Positions 1-10,759 of a DNA stretch of 64,000 nt are shown in pieces (the first letter of the stretch is position 1; every line of letters starts with the position of its first letter). Position numbers and translations under genes: made by a program. The stretch covers positions 32,001 through 96,000 of the forward strand of contig CATQHZ020000002.1 of the NCBI GenBank assembly GCA_958296135.2. The letters are read 5' to 3'. The notes under the pieces were generated by a model. That model was not told the origin of the DNA, searched no databases, and saw nothing but the letters and a program-made list of their open reading frames with translations. Origin of the DNA: an uncultured Poribacteria bacterium (lineage in GTDB: Bacteria; Poribacteria; WGA-4E; WGA-3G).

Positions 1-510
1 AAAAGTAGTAATGGCAGCTTGAACAGCTCCATCAAGAACATGATCTCCAACAATACTATTTGATGTAGGGCCAGTAATTCCACAACCAAGTGCTGTATCT
101 GGAAGAGTTCTAAAAGTACTAGAAGCTGCAGGACCTAGACCAGTATTTCTAAAAAGAACTACGCCTTTAGTAAGAACTCCGCATCTTTGAGTTCCAGTAT
201 TAACTGTTTCTAACGCACCATAAATAGGAAACGAATTAGGAGGAGTAGATTGTCGTACTACTTGCACTGTTCCAATTCCGTCATTCATATTAGTTAATCT
301 AGTACTATCTGCATCATCTTGACCTATAGCAGTATCGGAAGTTAAAGTAACTGCGGTATGGACTTTTCTGCCATTTTCTTGAGATGGAAGTACCGAAACC
401 AAATTTCTAGGTCTAGCTGAAGCGTCATAAACTTCTTGTATAACTCCATTAGCATCAGCAATAGAATCATCATATTGACAAGTTCGAATCTCTTTTAATA
501 TATTTGGCAT
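1..510 (-). CDS. Virion (head decoration-like) protein, paralog of 525..1058; runs off the window edge
   Basis: Not in the ORF track. ATG at 510 after an AGGAG RBS; translates MPNILKEIRTCQYDDSIADANG..., matching the neighbour MANILDNIQNCQYDDTIVDSDG, and shares the QRCGVLT-GVV-FR motif. Function inferred from position after the protease/scaffold gene. Confidence 0.7.
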   Translation of the reverse strand, partial: MPNILKEIRTCQYDDSIADANGVIQEVYDASARPRNLVSVLPSQENGRKVHTAVTLTSDTAIGQDDADSTRLTNMNDGIGTVQVVRQSTPPNSFPIYGALETVNTGTQRCGVLTKGVVLFRNTGLGPAASSTFRTLPDTALGCGITGPTSNSIVGDHVLDGAVQAAITTF

Positions 511-524
511 AATATCTCCTCGTA

Positions 525-1058
525 TTATCTACTTAAATCAACTAATAGATATGGTCCAACATATGATAAAATTATTCCTTTGCCAACGCCAGTAGTAGCA
601 CTAACAGCCACCGTTCCATTGTTAAAACCCATTTCACCACTATTTGTATTAGCCGGAGCTTTTTCTACAGATTTACCAATATCTCCAGTTACTCCATCGG
701 CGGCTCCAGTAGCAGCAGTTTTTCTAAAAACTACTACCCCGCTAGTTAAAACCCCACATCTTTGAGTCTTAGTATTAATTGTTTCTAATGCGCCATAAAT
801 ATTTGTGCCAGCACCTTCTAGAGCAACCCTAACAAGTGGTGCAACTTCAGCTATCGAAGCGGTTCGTTGAGTTCCAGATGCTTCTATTAATTCGACCGCA
901 GTATAAACTTTTCTATTACTAGTTCCTTCTTGAACTGGAGTTACATCAACATCCGCTCTTGGAGATTCTACGCTCTTAACTGTTCGTATATTACCATCAG
1001 AATCCACAATGGTATCATCATACTGGCAATTCTGAATATTATCTAATATATTTGCCAT
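525..1058 (-). CDS. Virion (head decoration-like) protein
   Basis: 177 aa, G/T/V-rich, immediately downstream of the prohead protease; function from synteny only. Confidence 0.55.
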   Translation of the reverse strand: MANILDNIQNCQYDDTIVDSDGNIRTVKSVESPRADVDVTPVQEGTSNRKVYTAVELIEASGTQRTASIAEVAPLVRVALEGAGTNIYGALETINTKTQRCGVLTSGVVVFRKTAATGAADGVTGDIGKSVEKAPANTNSGEMGFNNGTVAVSATTGVGKGIILSYVGPYLLVDLSR

Positions 1059-1076
1059 TATGTCTCCTTAGAACTA

Positions 1077-2417
1077 TTAAGCAGTAACTCTAGCTCTTCT
1101 ATATTTATTTTCTTTTTCAGAATCTGTTCTATCTTCAAAAGAATCTTTAGTTCTACGGGCACTATATCTGTATAAAGCATCCGCTGAATCTTTCCAAGCA
1201 TCACGCAAAGCGATAATTGCATCATGTGAAATCTCTCCTTCTAGGCGCTGCTCCATCTGCTCGCGTTCAACTGGGGAAGCCTGATGACTATGTTTTCTGT
1301 CGAATTGTTTCATAGCCTCTGATCTAGCAGTTCTAAGAATTTGGTTATATTGTTTTACGATTACAGCATTCTTTGAACCGTCAACTTTTAATTCATCAAT
1401 TCGTTCATTTAATTTAATAAACGTCTGATCAATATCACCATTATCATCACCATACTCGTTACGCAAACGTTCTAATTCGACAAAATACTCATCTCTTTCT
1501 TCAGCTAACTGATCAAGAGCGTCAGCCTGATCCGTATTCTTCTCTTCAACAGCCCGATCAATCAGATCCTGAATATGTTCGTTGTGAATACTCATTCGAT
1601 TTTCTCCATTTTTAGGTTTGGTCGGTTTTCGACCTATTGATTTTAAGAATTCATCCACTAGAGGTTTTGATGATCTAGTGTCGAATCGCATTTCATATTC
1701 TGAATTTAGTTGGATTCGGTGCTTATCTTCCAGTTTACCTGATTTATAAGCACGCATTGCATTTTGAGCGATTTCCGCTCCTGGGGTAGCACCAAATGGT
1801 ACAACCGAAAACTCTTTTAAATCTGCTTCGTTAATGGTGCTAGTTATAGTAACTTCTTTTAAACCTTTTTTAGGCTCTTTAACTTCTTTACCCTTTTTGT
1901 CAACATAAATTGTTTGACCAGGATAATGACCATTTTCGTCTTCACTAAAAGACATACCAAAAAAACTATAACGTTTCATTTCTGAATCACAATAATCACA
2001 TGTTTCCTGTGTGGGAACAAATCCTACTGATAAATCTCTCATTGTTCCCTCGTCCACAGCGTCAATATAAGCGTTTGATGAACCATAACCTGGTCCATTA
2101 AGTGGAAGATCACGCTGAATATAGAATTTTGAATTAACATTCTTTTCAGTTGAACTATATGTTCCACCAGTACTACGACCAATCTGAGTAAATCGATCAT
2201 GCTGAGCTAATACTGGAACGCCTTTACGTGCCGATCTAGCAAAAGATCGTAATGCGTTTTCACCAATATGAGTATTATATGAATCCAGATTTGTATTACT
2301 TATGGTACCATCGAATTCTTCACGCCTTGACATTCCTTTGCGTTTCTTCTTCTTCTTTCCACCTTTACCATAATTTTTATTAATTGTAAATGCTGGTTTA
2401 TATCTTACATCACTCAT
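1077..2417 (-). CDS. HK97-type prohead protease fused to a scaffold-like coiled coil
   Basis: Motifs VPVLAQHD..IGR, DLSVGF and EFSVVPFGATPGA; charged helical C-terminus; follows the portal. Confidence 0.8.
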   Translation of the reverse strand: MSDVRYKPAFTINKNYGKGGKKKKKRKGMSRREEFDGTISNTNLDSYNTHIGENALRSFARSARKGVPVLAQHDRFTQIGRSTGGTYSSTEKNVNSKFYIQRDLPLNGPGYGSSNAYIDAVDEGTMRDLSVGFVPTQETCDYCDSEMKRYSFFGMSFSEDENGHYPGQTIYVDKKGKEVKEPKKGLKEVTITSTINEADLKEFSVVPFGATPGAEIAQNAMRAYKSGKLEDKHRIQLNSEYEMRFDTRSSKPLVDEFLKSIGRKPTKPKNGENRMSIHNEHIQDLIDRAVEEKNTDQADALDQLAEERDEYFVELERLRNEYGDDNGDIDQTFIKLNERIDELKVDGSKNAVIVKQYNQILRTARSEAMKQFDRKHSHQASPVEREQMEQRLEGEISHDAIIALRDAWKDSADALYRYSARRTKDSFEDRTDSEKENKYRRARVTA

Positions 2418-2418
2418 A

Positions 2419-3912
2419 TTAGGCTCCTATCGCTGGTTGTGGCTCTGGTTCTGGCTCTGGTGCTTGAGGGCTTAATGATTCGAATTCTTCGTTATATCCT
2501 CGCAATAAATTTCGAGCGTCTTGAGCATCTATAACTCCACTTGTAATTAATTGAGTTATATCTGATATACTCATTGTAATTGGTGGTTCATCAGGCAAAA
2601 TATCTAATTGTTTACTAAATGATTTTAGAAGTAGTCTTCCTTCGTAGCGGCTAATAACCCGATCTTCAATTAATTTAGAAATTGATGTAACTTCATTTAA
2701 TAATGTTTCAGCCCTTCTATGCCGAACTAGGGAATTAACTCTTTCTAATTTAAATTTTGGATATAGATTTGGATAACCTGCCGCATTTAGTATTAATTGA
2801 AATTGTCGATTTAGCATCTTTTCGATGCCGCTTTGAAATGATTCAATAAAAATCGTATGCGCTTCTAATTGAATATCGGAATTATCTGAAAGTCCAGAAT
2901 TACTATTGATTCCAAATAAAATTGGATATTGCTTTAGTCCACGTGTAACCCATGTGTCCAATAATTTCTGTATAGATTCAACCGCACCAAAATTTGATCG
3001 ATTAATTCCTCCAATCATTTCGTTTAACACTTCTGATCCAACTACTGGCTGTTTCGCCTTTTGAAGATTCGAGTTTTGCATATATTGTTCGATCTTCTTA
3101 GCATTCTCATCTATAATGGCTTGCTGCTTCTTTGGATCAATACCAATCTCATGAAGTAATTCGCGATCAATCTTCCAAACTTGTCGAGGCCACGCTTGAG
3201 TTTCAATAACTTGCCGTAAGCTTTTCAATAGACCTAATTGAAATACAATTCCAAATAGTGCTGAATTCACCATTGGTCTACCAAAAGGTTTATCTGGAAT
3301 TGGATTAATTGCCTTATAGATAATCGTTGGATCTGTTAAAGCAACAAATCTACCTTTTTCCTCTTGACCTAGTTGCCAATATTGACCTCGCACTGGATCA
3401 TCATCTCGTCTTTGATATCGTGCCTGTGTTGGACTGATAATAACTAAGTCCACAAAATCACGACCATTTAGTTCGAATACTGATTCAGTATAAAAAGCGC
3501 CCCATAAGAATCCTGATGCTATTAATGAATTTACCTTATCGTCTAAATCTTGACCATTATCTTCCATCATTTTTTGAGCGTTATCTAGAATTCTTTGACC
3601 TATTGGATCTTCACATTCTAATGTCCATCCAATATTACAGAATTGATACATATCATGTAATGCTCTATCTAGATCTGGACTACTATTTATAAATATCTCG
3701 ATTAATGCCGCAGCTTTCTGACTACTTAATTGTGATTCGTCAATTGAGTTTAGTTTCCAGTCGTTTTCATTATCAGGACTAATATATGCGAAACCAGTAG
3801 AAAATGGCGTTAAATAATATTCGTCATATGTGGCTCTTCCATCAGCCCTAGTTAAAATTGGAACATAATCTCTTTCTGATACTAATGGATTACCATATTG
3901 ATCTACTAACAT
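2419..3912 (-). CDS. Portal protein
   Basis: 497 aa directly upstream of the protease; portal-like segments GAFYTE, PFGRPM and YPILFG. Confidence 0.75.
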   Translation of the reverse strand: MLVDQYGNPLVSERDYVPILTRADGRATYDEYYLTPFSTGFAYISPDNENDWKLNSIDESQLSSQKAAALIEIFINSSPDLDRALHDMYQFCNIGWTLECEDPIGQRILDNAQKMMEDNGQDLDDKVNSLIASGFLWGAFYTESVFELNGRDFVDLVIISPTQARYQRRDDDPVRGQYWQLGQEEKGRFVALTDPTIIYKAINPIPDKPFGRPMVNSALFGIVFQLGLLKSLRQVIETQAWPRQVWKIDRELLHEIGIDPKKQQAIIDENAKKIEQYMQNSNLQKAKQPVVGSEVLNEMIGGINRSNFGAVESIQKLLDTWVTRGLKQYPILFGINSNSGLSDNSDIQLEAHTIFIESFQSGIEKMLNRQFQLILNAAGYPNLYPKFKLERVNSLVRHRRAETLLNEVTSISKLIEDRVISRYEGRLLLKSFSKQLDILPDEPPITMSISDITQLITSGVIDAQDARNLLRGYNEEFESLSPQAPEPEPEPQPAIGA

Positions 3913-3981
3913 AATTCCTCCTGATTTATTGATTTATATAAGGAGTACCAAGAGTATTTCATAATTTCAAATAAATCTTAT

Positions 3982-4776
3982 TTATTGCTCTTCTACTGAA
4001 AACGCATAAGAAATTGCTTGAGTTCCCTGTAATAATTCCGTAAAAGAATTAGGAACCCAGAATGCTGGGAACACAGATTCGTAATCTTGAGAATTTGGTT
4101 CATCTAGATCCCATAAAGTAAAGTTTGGATTTTGTCTCTGTATATCGTAAACTCGATTTAATTCGGATCTAGCCTCTGATAATGTATTAGCATTTTGCCA
4201 CATTTGATAATTAATAGTTTTTTTAGCATGATTTATATTGCCAACCTGTAAAGTTCTAGTTCCATAAAGATCTTCTTGAATAAACGAATTTCGTATTTGA
4301 CGCGTGGTATTAAATCTTGTAATAGCTCTAGTATCAGATTGATTTAAATCTAAAAGATGACTCATAACTAATATTTGATAAAGACGCATATCTGTAGCAC
4401 CAGATGCTCTTGTGCATTGTAATGTAAGAGTTTGGGCTGAAATTGGAGATACTATGGTTCCTAAGAATGCTACCCTATTATCAAATGTAGAATTAGCCGC
4501 ATAATCACATCCAAATTCATCGATTCTAGCAATAGAAATATTTTGCCCTATTAAATAAATAGTATCAACAGTTTCTGTATTTACAAGATTAATAACAAAT
4601 TCTAATACCCCACTAGTACCCGCTGAATCTGTTTGATAAAATGTATATTTAGTGCCATCAAATATATTTGATAGATTACCTTCAGTAGTCGCCCCTGTCC
4701 TTTGGCTATCTGTTATTAATCTAATTTGAGATGGATTAGTATAAATTTTGGGCATTATGGTCACCTCCCCTGCCAT
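3982..4776 (-). CDS. Tail-associated (distal tail-like) protein
   Basis: Directly after the tape measure gene; beta-rich; start may be at MPKIY. Function from synteny. Confidence 0.5.
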   Translation of the reverse strand: MAGEVTIMPKIYTNPSQIRLITDSQRTGATTEGNLSNIFDGTKYTFYQTDSAGTSGVLEFVINLVNTETVDTIYLIGQNISIARIDEFGCDYAANSTFDNRVAFLGTIVSPISAQTLTLQCTRASGATDMRLYQILVMSHLLDLNQSDTRAITRFNTTRQIRNSFIQEDLYGTRTLQVGNINHAKKTINYQMWQNANTLSEARSELNRVYDIQRQNPNFTLWDLDEPNSQDYESVFPAFWVPNSFTELLQGTQAISYAFSVEEQ

Positions 4777-4835
4777 ATATCTAAAATTTTATTTGGGCAG
4801 TAAATAGACCCATCCTAGCGGTTTTTTGGGCTGTC

Positions 4836-7800
4836 CTAGAGCCTCCCATCGGCTGCCAATTCGTCCATCGTAAAACTGATTTCTTTGACTATACGATTAT
4901 TTATCTCGAATGGTATATTTATAGTAGCATCACCCGAAACGGTATAAGTATTTCCATCTTGCTGTGAAATAGAAGAATTAATTTGATTCCCTTCTCGAAC
5001 TCCATCACTATAATTCCTAACGATATCTCGCGCACTATCGCGTCCTAGATTGTAAGCCATTCGTTGAGATTCCATTCTTCCTGCGGCATTTGCAAGCTGA
5101 TCATTTAACGGATTATTAAAATGTAATCCTTCAAAGAATGAAGTTACACTGTTAATAATTGGAAGATTAGCAAAATCCTTACCAAGATCATCAAATAAAC
5201 CTTCTTGAATTCCAGTTCCAATATTATGAGCAGCTAATGCACCGGATATAACTACTCCTGCTGTTGCTGCCGAAGCCGCTAAACCAGCACCAGATGCTCC
5301 GCTAGCACCCGCCCCTCCCGCTCCTCCAGCACCTCCGCCACCAAATAATGATCCTAATCCACCGCCACCACCAATACCTGGACCTGTAATTGGAATATTA
5401 CTACCTAATCCTAATGAATTTAAAATAAAGTTAGTTGCTCGTGCCGCTAACTGTAAATTTAATTGCTGAAAAATTAGTTTTGGGAAATCAGTTAACTGTT
5501 GACGAACCCAATTAGCCCAAGCATCAGAACGTTCTTCTTCGTATTGTCGTTCTAGCGCTCGTTTCTCTTCTTGATATTCTCGATCGATTTCTAATAATTG
5601 TTCAGCTTGCTGCCGAGCATTTAATCTATCGTTGTTCCGAACAGCCTCTCTTTGGCGTTCAACATCCTCTGATAATCTTTCTAGTGATCTTTCTTGAGCT
5701 CTTGATTGACCTGATCCTATGCCCACAGCATCAAGAATGCTTGGTGCTAAGAATTGATCATATAATGATTCCGCAGAACCGGCAAAATAATCAGAAAATG
5801 CTTGAGATCTTGATAATTGTCTCTGCCTAAAGATTTCGCGTCCTCGTGGAGCGTCTATAGTAGTTCCTAAAAGATCTCCGAATTGTCTTCCAAATGCTCG
5901 AATACCTGTATCTTCGTTTCTTCCACCTAAAACTGATGCGCTAATTCTGTTTAATGAATCTCGTAAATTCCTTAATAGTAAACCAGAAGAACTTAGATTT
6001 GTTATTTCTTCACGTAATTGCATTATTCTTCTAGTCAAATCATCTAGTGGTACATCAATTAAACGTTCTAATTCTTGCCGTAATGGATTATTTTCTGGAA
6101 GAGCATTAATTGATGCCTGAACTGCTGGACGTAATGATTCGAATTGCTGTCGTAAATTGTCTAATTGAGCTATTAATAAACCTATTTCTCGTATTCTTGC
6201 TGGCCTAGTAAAATCAAGTAAACCACGTTGACGATTAAAATCCTCTGATACTCCTAATACCTCTTGCCACGCTTCACCTAATCGCTGTAATGCTTGTCTA
6301 TTAGCATTAATATCGTCGGCAGTTCTAGTATCTGGTAATTGATCGGTCACAGGAAGTGGTTGAGGAATAATTGGAATTGACGGAACATCACGAATTCCAG
6401 TACTTGGTCTTCCTGGCGTATTAAATCCGGTTCTTCCACTTAATATTGGAATTGGTAAAATTCCAGTAGGATTATTTGGATCTGGTGGCGCGCCACCTTC
6501 AACTTCAGCCCTTATAGTCCTATAAGATTCAATAGCACCATTTATTGCTTGTCGAGCAGTATTAGCACTCACGCCTAATCTATCAAGTAAATTCGACCTC
6601 GTAGATACAACTTCTCTGCGACCAGTATCAGTAACATCAATCGGAGATCCTGGAGTAAATTCAGCACCTTGTGGTAAATTTCTTCCGCCTGGTGGAATAA
6701 TTCCGCCAATTAATTGATCAATAGCTGGAGCGCGAGTTCCGGCTGTTGGGCCAGTTAATACGTTTACATCTCCTAATCCAGTTCGCAATTCTCGAAAAGC
6801 TAATCTCCCAACATTTGCAACCTCTTGAAACGTTGCTGATATTCTCCTGAAATTTGTATCAACCTGACCAGATATTCTTAATGCGGTATTTAAGCGTGCT
6901 AAGTCCTCTTCCGAAAAGATTTGACCCAAATTTAATTCTCTGGGAGAAACAGATTGAATTTTACCAATAAAATCTTCAACTCGAAGTAATCTAATAGCAC
7001 TCTCTCTTCCTACTTCATCATATTGATCTCTTAATCTTTGAGTAATTCCAACTAATATTTCTTCTTGATCATTAATTTTTTGTAAATTCGCTTCTTGTTC
7101 CGTAAGAGCTTTATTAATTTCTTGAAGTCGGTCATATCGTTCTCGTTCATCATCATAAAAAATTAATTCGCCACTTCTTCCATAAAATATTGGTGGCCGT
7201 TCTATCTCTAATCGTGATTGTTCTAATCTTCGTATATTACCAATAATATTTGATCTTTCGGTAGCCGCTTGCTCAGTAGCTTGTTCTATTACGGCTTGTG
7301 TCTCCTGTAATGAACCAAAACTGCTTATTACCCGTTGCCTTACATCAGATCTCTCAAAATTAGCACTAATATTAGGATCTCCTACCTCTCTTATAAGAGA
7401 TTCTAATACTGGATTACCTGCAACTAATTGAGCTTGAGTACGGGTTAATGTACCATCTCTTTGTAAAACACGTAATCCAGCGTCTTCAAATTGTGTTCTA
7501 ATACCAGAAGTTGATGTAGATAACTGAGATATTAAAGCGTCAAAATTTTCAATGCCACCAGTAAATAGATTTCGAACCCGATCAGATAATTGATTAAATT
7601 GACCAGTTAATCTACCTGTAGATACTCGCAATTGTTCTTGATTATCAGTTACCCTAGCAATTATATCGCCAGCTCCTTCCGCACCACTGAGAATTGTTTG
7701 ACTTAAAAGAGTCGGTTGTTCGTTTCTTCCAGCTCTTTCATATGCACTTCGTGCTAATGATACTCCACCAAAAAGTGCGGCTCCAACACCAAGTAGTGCT

Positions 7801-9992
7801 AATGGGCTAAGAAAAGCAGATGCAGCCCCACCAGCAACCGCAAGACCACCAGTAACAAAAGGTGATCTAAGACCTCTAAATAATCCGCCAAGACGACCAC
7901 CAACACCACGAACAGCACCACGAACACCACGAGCACCAGGATCTGAAGCTCTAGAAGCACTACGGCCAGCACGATCTTCAGCCGCTTGATAGCGCCTATC
8001 ATCAGCGTTAACAAAAGGACTTCGTAAACCTCGTATTCCAAAGAAATGTCTTTCGCCTGGACGCCCAATTATAGATGAAAGAAATCTTCGACCTCTTGAT
8101 GGTTGTCCAGCAGCGTTTAATAAAAGAGCATCTCGAATAAAATTGTCTCTAGCAGTAAGTCCAGCTAACTGAAATGATTGTTGTCTGGTTATTGTTGGTC
8201 GTCCTCGCTGAAATGAATCTCGATATCGTTGATCCGCATCGGTTAATCTATCTTGAGTGTTGCTAATTTGTCGGCTGGCGAATTCTGGATCATCTAGAAA
8301 TCTTTGAATAAAACGTGAGTTTGATGTAATACCTTCTACCCGAAGCCCTCTAGTTATACCAGAATCCCTTGCAGTCTTAATTCCATATAGAAGTTGTGTT
8401 GATGCTACGGCTAAATCAATTTGTCGCTGTCTACGCCCACCGGATTGACCTGCTAAACGATTATAACCAGTTTGACTTAAATAATCTGTTGGACGCCTTC
8501 TACTAATAATATCTCCAATTAAACCAATACCACCTAATAAAAGCCCGCCACCTATAGCACTTGATGTCACCTGACCAGCTGGAGTTTGACCAAATCTTAG
8601 CACCTCGGTAAAAGTATTAATAGCATCACGAAGTGCTGGTTCGAGTTGGCGACCTAATTCGTTTCTAAATAGAATTAACTCGTTTCTAACGTTATCGAGA
8701 GCGTTCTGAAGTGTTGTTGGATCGGCAATCGGACCTTGAGCTAATCGTTCTGCAATAGCTAAAATACCTTCTGTTGCTGTTTGACCTCGTGATTCAAGAA
8801 CCTGCTGAATATCACCACCTATCTGAGTTCCAAATTCCTCTTGGATAACTCTTCTGATAAATGGAGCCCTTTCTAAGATTGGACGCAAATTTTCCTGATC
8901 AAATCGGCCTCGAGCTTGAATCTGAATGAACTGTCGCAAGACCTCGTTCGTATCTTCAATTGACCCTTGCGATAATGCTACAGCATTTCTAATCTGATTA
9001 ATAAGACGTAATGATTGCTGATCTGTAAAACCACCACTTATCGCCCTTGTGAACGCCTGAGTAGCAGTCACATAATCAAGACCTGGTAATAATGCTATTT
9101 CTTGTAATCTGGGTATAATTGCTTGTTGTCGGAGATCATCTGTTAAATCTCGGATACCTGTTTCTAATCGCTGAACTCGAGCTCTGTCTCGAACAATACT
9201 AGTAAATGCTTGATGAAATGCGTAAATACCACCAGAAAATAATGCTAATTGACCAGCAACCCGCTGAAACGCACCAATAAGTCCAGCACCAGCACCAGCA
9301 CCAAAAAATGATGATCCACCACCAGTCTGACGAACAAAGTTTTCTCGGGCAATCCTTTCTTGAGTTCTATGCTCGCGTGCAGCTTCCCGATTTCGTTCTC
9401 GTGATGTTTCTAGTTGTAATCGGGCTTGAGTATCTAACTCTTTTGTTGTTTTGCTAATTTCTAACTGTTTTGTTCTTTCAGCAGATACAAATCTCTGAGC
9501 TGATGTTCTTGCAGCTGTAGCATTAGCTGAAATCTGTTTTCCTTGTAAATTAATCGCGGCTGTTGATTTTGAAATTTCACGTTGGCGAGTTCTTTGATTA
9601 GCTAGATGTCTTCTTGTAAAATTATTATCAGCTCTACCAGCTTCATTAATATCAGCACGAAGAGCATCCCATTCAGCTTGCTCAGCACGAGATCGAGCTT
9701 GTCTGGCTCTAGCATTTGCTTGTAAACGACGACTTCTATTAGTATCAACCCTGTTAGTTTCTTTGATTTCTTCCTGAATAGCTCGCCATCCAGCCGCTTC
9801 TGCTTTCTGAGCAGCTTCACGAGCACGAGCATTTGCTTCTAAATGACGCCGCCTAGCAATTTCTGCCTGGTTAGCTTGATCGTTAACTCTTTCTTCTAAA
9901 CGACCTAGTTCTAGAAGTTCTCGTTTTATTTCTTCAAAAGCGTCTGCGGTTAAGTCATCAGCTTTTAGTGTTAAAATAATATCTGGAGGCAT
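4836..9992 (-). CDS. Tail tape measure protein
   Basis: 1718 aa, helical, A/G/R/Q-rich; tape-measure core LRQFIQIQARGRFDQENLRPILERAP; follows the chaperone genes. Confidence 0.9.
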   Translation of the reverse strand: MPPDIILTLKADDLTADAFEEIKRELLELGRLEERVNDQANQAEIARRRHLEANARAREAAQKAEAAGWRAIQEEIKETNRVDTNRSRRLQANARARQARSRAEQAEWDALRADINEAGRADNNFTRRHLANQRTRQREISKSTAAINLQGKQISANATAARTSAQRFVSAERTKQLEISKTTKELDTQARLQLETSRERNREAAREHRTQERIARENFVRQTGGGSSFFGAGAGAGLIGAFQRVAGQLALFSGGIYAFHQAFTSIVRDRARVQRLETGIRDLTDDLRQQAIIPRLQEIALLPGLDYVTATQAFTRAISGGFTDQQSLRLINQIRNAVALSQGSIEDTNEVLRQFIQIQARGRFDQENLRPILERAPFIRRVIQEEFGTQIGGDIQQVLESRGQTATEGILAIAERLAQGPIADPTTLQNALDNVRNELILFRNELGRQLEPALRDAINTFTEVLRFGQTPAGQVTSSAIGGGLLLGGIGLIGDIISRRRPTDYLSQTGYNRLAGQSGGRRQRQIDLAVASTQLLYGIKTARDSGITRGLRVEGITSNSRFIQRFLDDPEFASRQISNTQDRLTDADQRYRDSFQRGRPTITRQQSFQLAGLTARDNFIRDALLLNAAGQPSRGRRFLSSIIGRPGERHFFGIRGLRSPFVNADDRRYQAAEDRAGRSASRASDPGARGVRGAVRGVGGRLGGLFRGLRSPFVTGGLAVAGGAASAFLSPLALLGVGAALFGGVSLARSAYERAGRNEQPTLLSQTILSGAEGAGDIIARVTDNQEQLRVSTGRLTGQFNQLSDRVRNLFTGGIENFDALISQLSTSTSGIRTQFEDAGLRVLQRDGTLTRTQAQLVAGNPVLESLIREVGDPNISANFERSDVRQRVISSFGSLQETQAVIEQATEQAATERSNIIGNIRRLEQSRLEIERPPIFYGRSGELIFYDDERERYDRLQEINKALTEQEANLQKINDQEEILVGITQRLRDQYDEVGRESAIRLLRVEDFIGKIQSVSPRELNLGQIFSEEDLARLNTALRISGQVDTNFRRISATFQEVANVGRLAFRELRTGLGDVNVLTGPTAGTRAPAIDQLIGGIIPPGGRNLPQGAEFTPGSPIDVTDTGRREVVSTRSNLLDRLGVSANTARQAINGAIESYRTIRAEVEGGAPPDPNNPTGILPIPILSGRTGFNTPGRPSTGIRDVPSIPIIPQPLPVTDQLPDTRTADDINANRQALQRLGEAWQEVLGVSEDFNRQRGLLDFTRPARIREIGLLIAQLDNLRQQFESLRPAVQASINALPENNPLRQELERLIDVPLDDLTRRIMQLREEITNLSSSGLLLRNLRDSLNRISASVLGGRNEDTGIRAFGRQFGDLLGTTIDAPRGREIFRQRQLSRSQAFSDYFAGSAESLYDQFLAPSILDAVGIGSGQSRAQERSLERLSEDVERQREAVRNNDRLNARQQAEQLLEIDREYQEEKRALERQYEEERSDAWANWVRQQLTDFPKLIFQQLNLQLAARATNFILNSLGLGSNIPITGPGIGGGGGLGSLFGGGGAGGAGGAGASGASGAGLAASAATAGVVISGALAAHNIGTGIQEGLFDDLGKDFANLPIINSVTSFFEGLHFNNPLNDQLANAAGRMESQRMAYNLGRDSARDIVRNYSDGVREGNQINSSISQQDGNTYTVSGDATINIPFEINNRIVKEISFTMDELAADGRL

Positions 9993-9995
9993 ATG

Positions 9996-10229
9996 TCACC
10001 TTTTTAGTGCTGAACCCATTCCGGATACTTGTGCTAATTCGTTTTCTCGCTTAATTTGTGCTGGTCGGCCTGCTTCATAAACAAATAAGTTAAATGTATG
10101 ACGTAAAACATGTGATTTCATTCCAGGATAATGAACATCCGATGGATGAACTCCTATGCATGTACAATAATCCCATAAAGTTTCGTAGTATTGTTTATTA
10201 TTATCAATGAGGTTCCTGAAATCGAGCCA
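9996..10229 (-). CDS. Tail assembly chaperone GT-like extension, probably reached by frameshift
   Basis: 77 open codons (..FRNLIDNNKQYYETLWDYCTCIGVHPSD..GSALKR*) in the +1 frame of 10204..10737, with no start codon near its 5' end; ends 3 nt before the tape measure ATG. Confidence 0.65.
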   Translation of the reverse strand, partial: WLDFRNLIDNNKQYYETLWDYCTCIGVHPSDVHYPGMKSHVLRHTFNLFVYEAGRPAQIKRENELAQVSGMGSALKR

Positions 10230-10737
10230 CTAAGTTATCTCCTATAGCACCCCTAGTAATTTCGTCATAAAGTTCCATTTGTAAACTTACCGGAAGAATT
10301 TTTTTAATTTGATCTACTGATTCGAATTGTGGATCTATTACACATGCTTGAAGCACTTCATAACGAATATCAGCTTCTGTCTTTGAATTTTTTAAACGAT
10401 CTTGAACCGCTTTTCTAATAATTTCTTCGACTTGTTCTTGATTTAAACTTTTATCTTCTGGTAAATCGTATGCTAATGGAGTATTTAATATCTCTTGAAA
10501 TGTTCCTGGATCGATATAGCGACATGTAAATTCAATTAAATCCTCCGCAGGAATCGAATCTACATCGAAAGTTCCATCTTCCTGTTCATATTTCGTTATG
10601 TCCACAGAAGGATCGGGCCAGTAAATATAGAATTCCTCTTGAAATAATTGTGAGGATTTACCTAAATCAAGCTTTTTTGCACCTGATTTTCTTTCTTGTC
10701 TTTTTCTTCCATTAAATACTTTAACTTCTTTACTCAT
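10204..10737 (-). CDS. Tail assembly chaperone (G-like)
   Basis: Acidic 177 aa upstream of the tape measure gene with an overlapping start-less frame at its 3' end. Confidence 0.7.
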   Translation of the reverse strand: MSKEVKVFNGRKRQERKSGAKKLDLGKSSQLFQEEFYIYWPDPSVDITKYEQEDGTFDVDSIPAEDLIEFTCRYIDPGTFQEILNTPLAYDLPEDKSLNQEQVEEIIRKAVQDRLKNSKTEADIRYEVLQACVIDPQFESVDQIKKILPVSLQMELYDEITRGAIGDNLVARFQEPH

Positions 10738-10759
10738 TTTGGTTGCTCCCTTATAAGTA

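Noticed and set aside
7850-8040. Short tandem repeats (cacgaacagcac-type) in the tape measure gene
   Set aside because: Ordinary low-complexity G/V/R-coding sequence typical of tape measure proteins.
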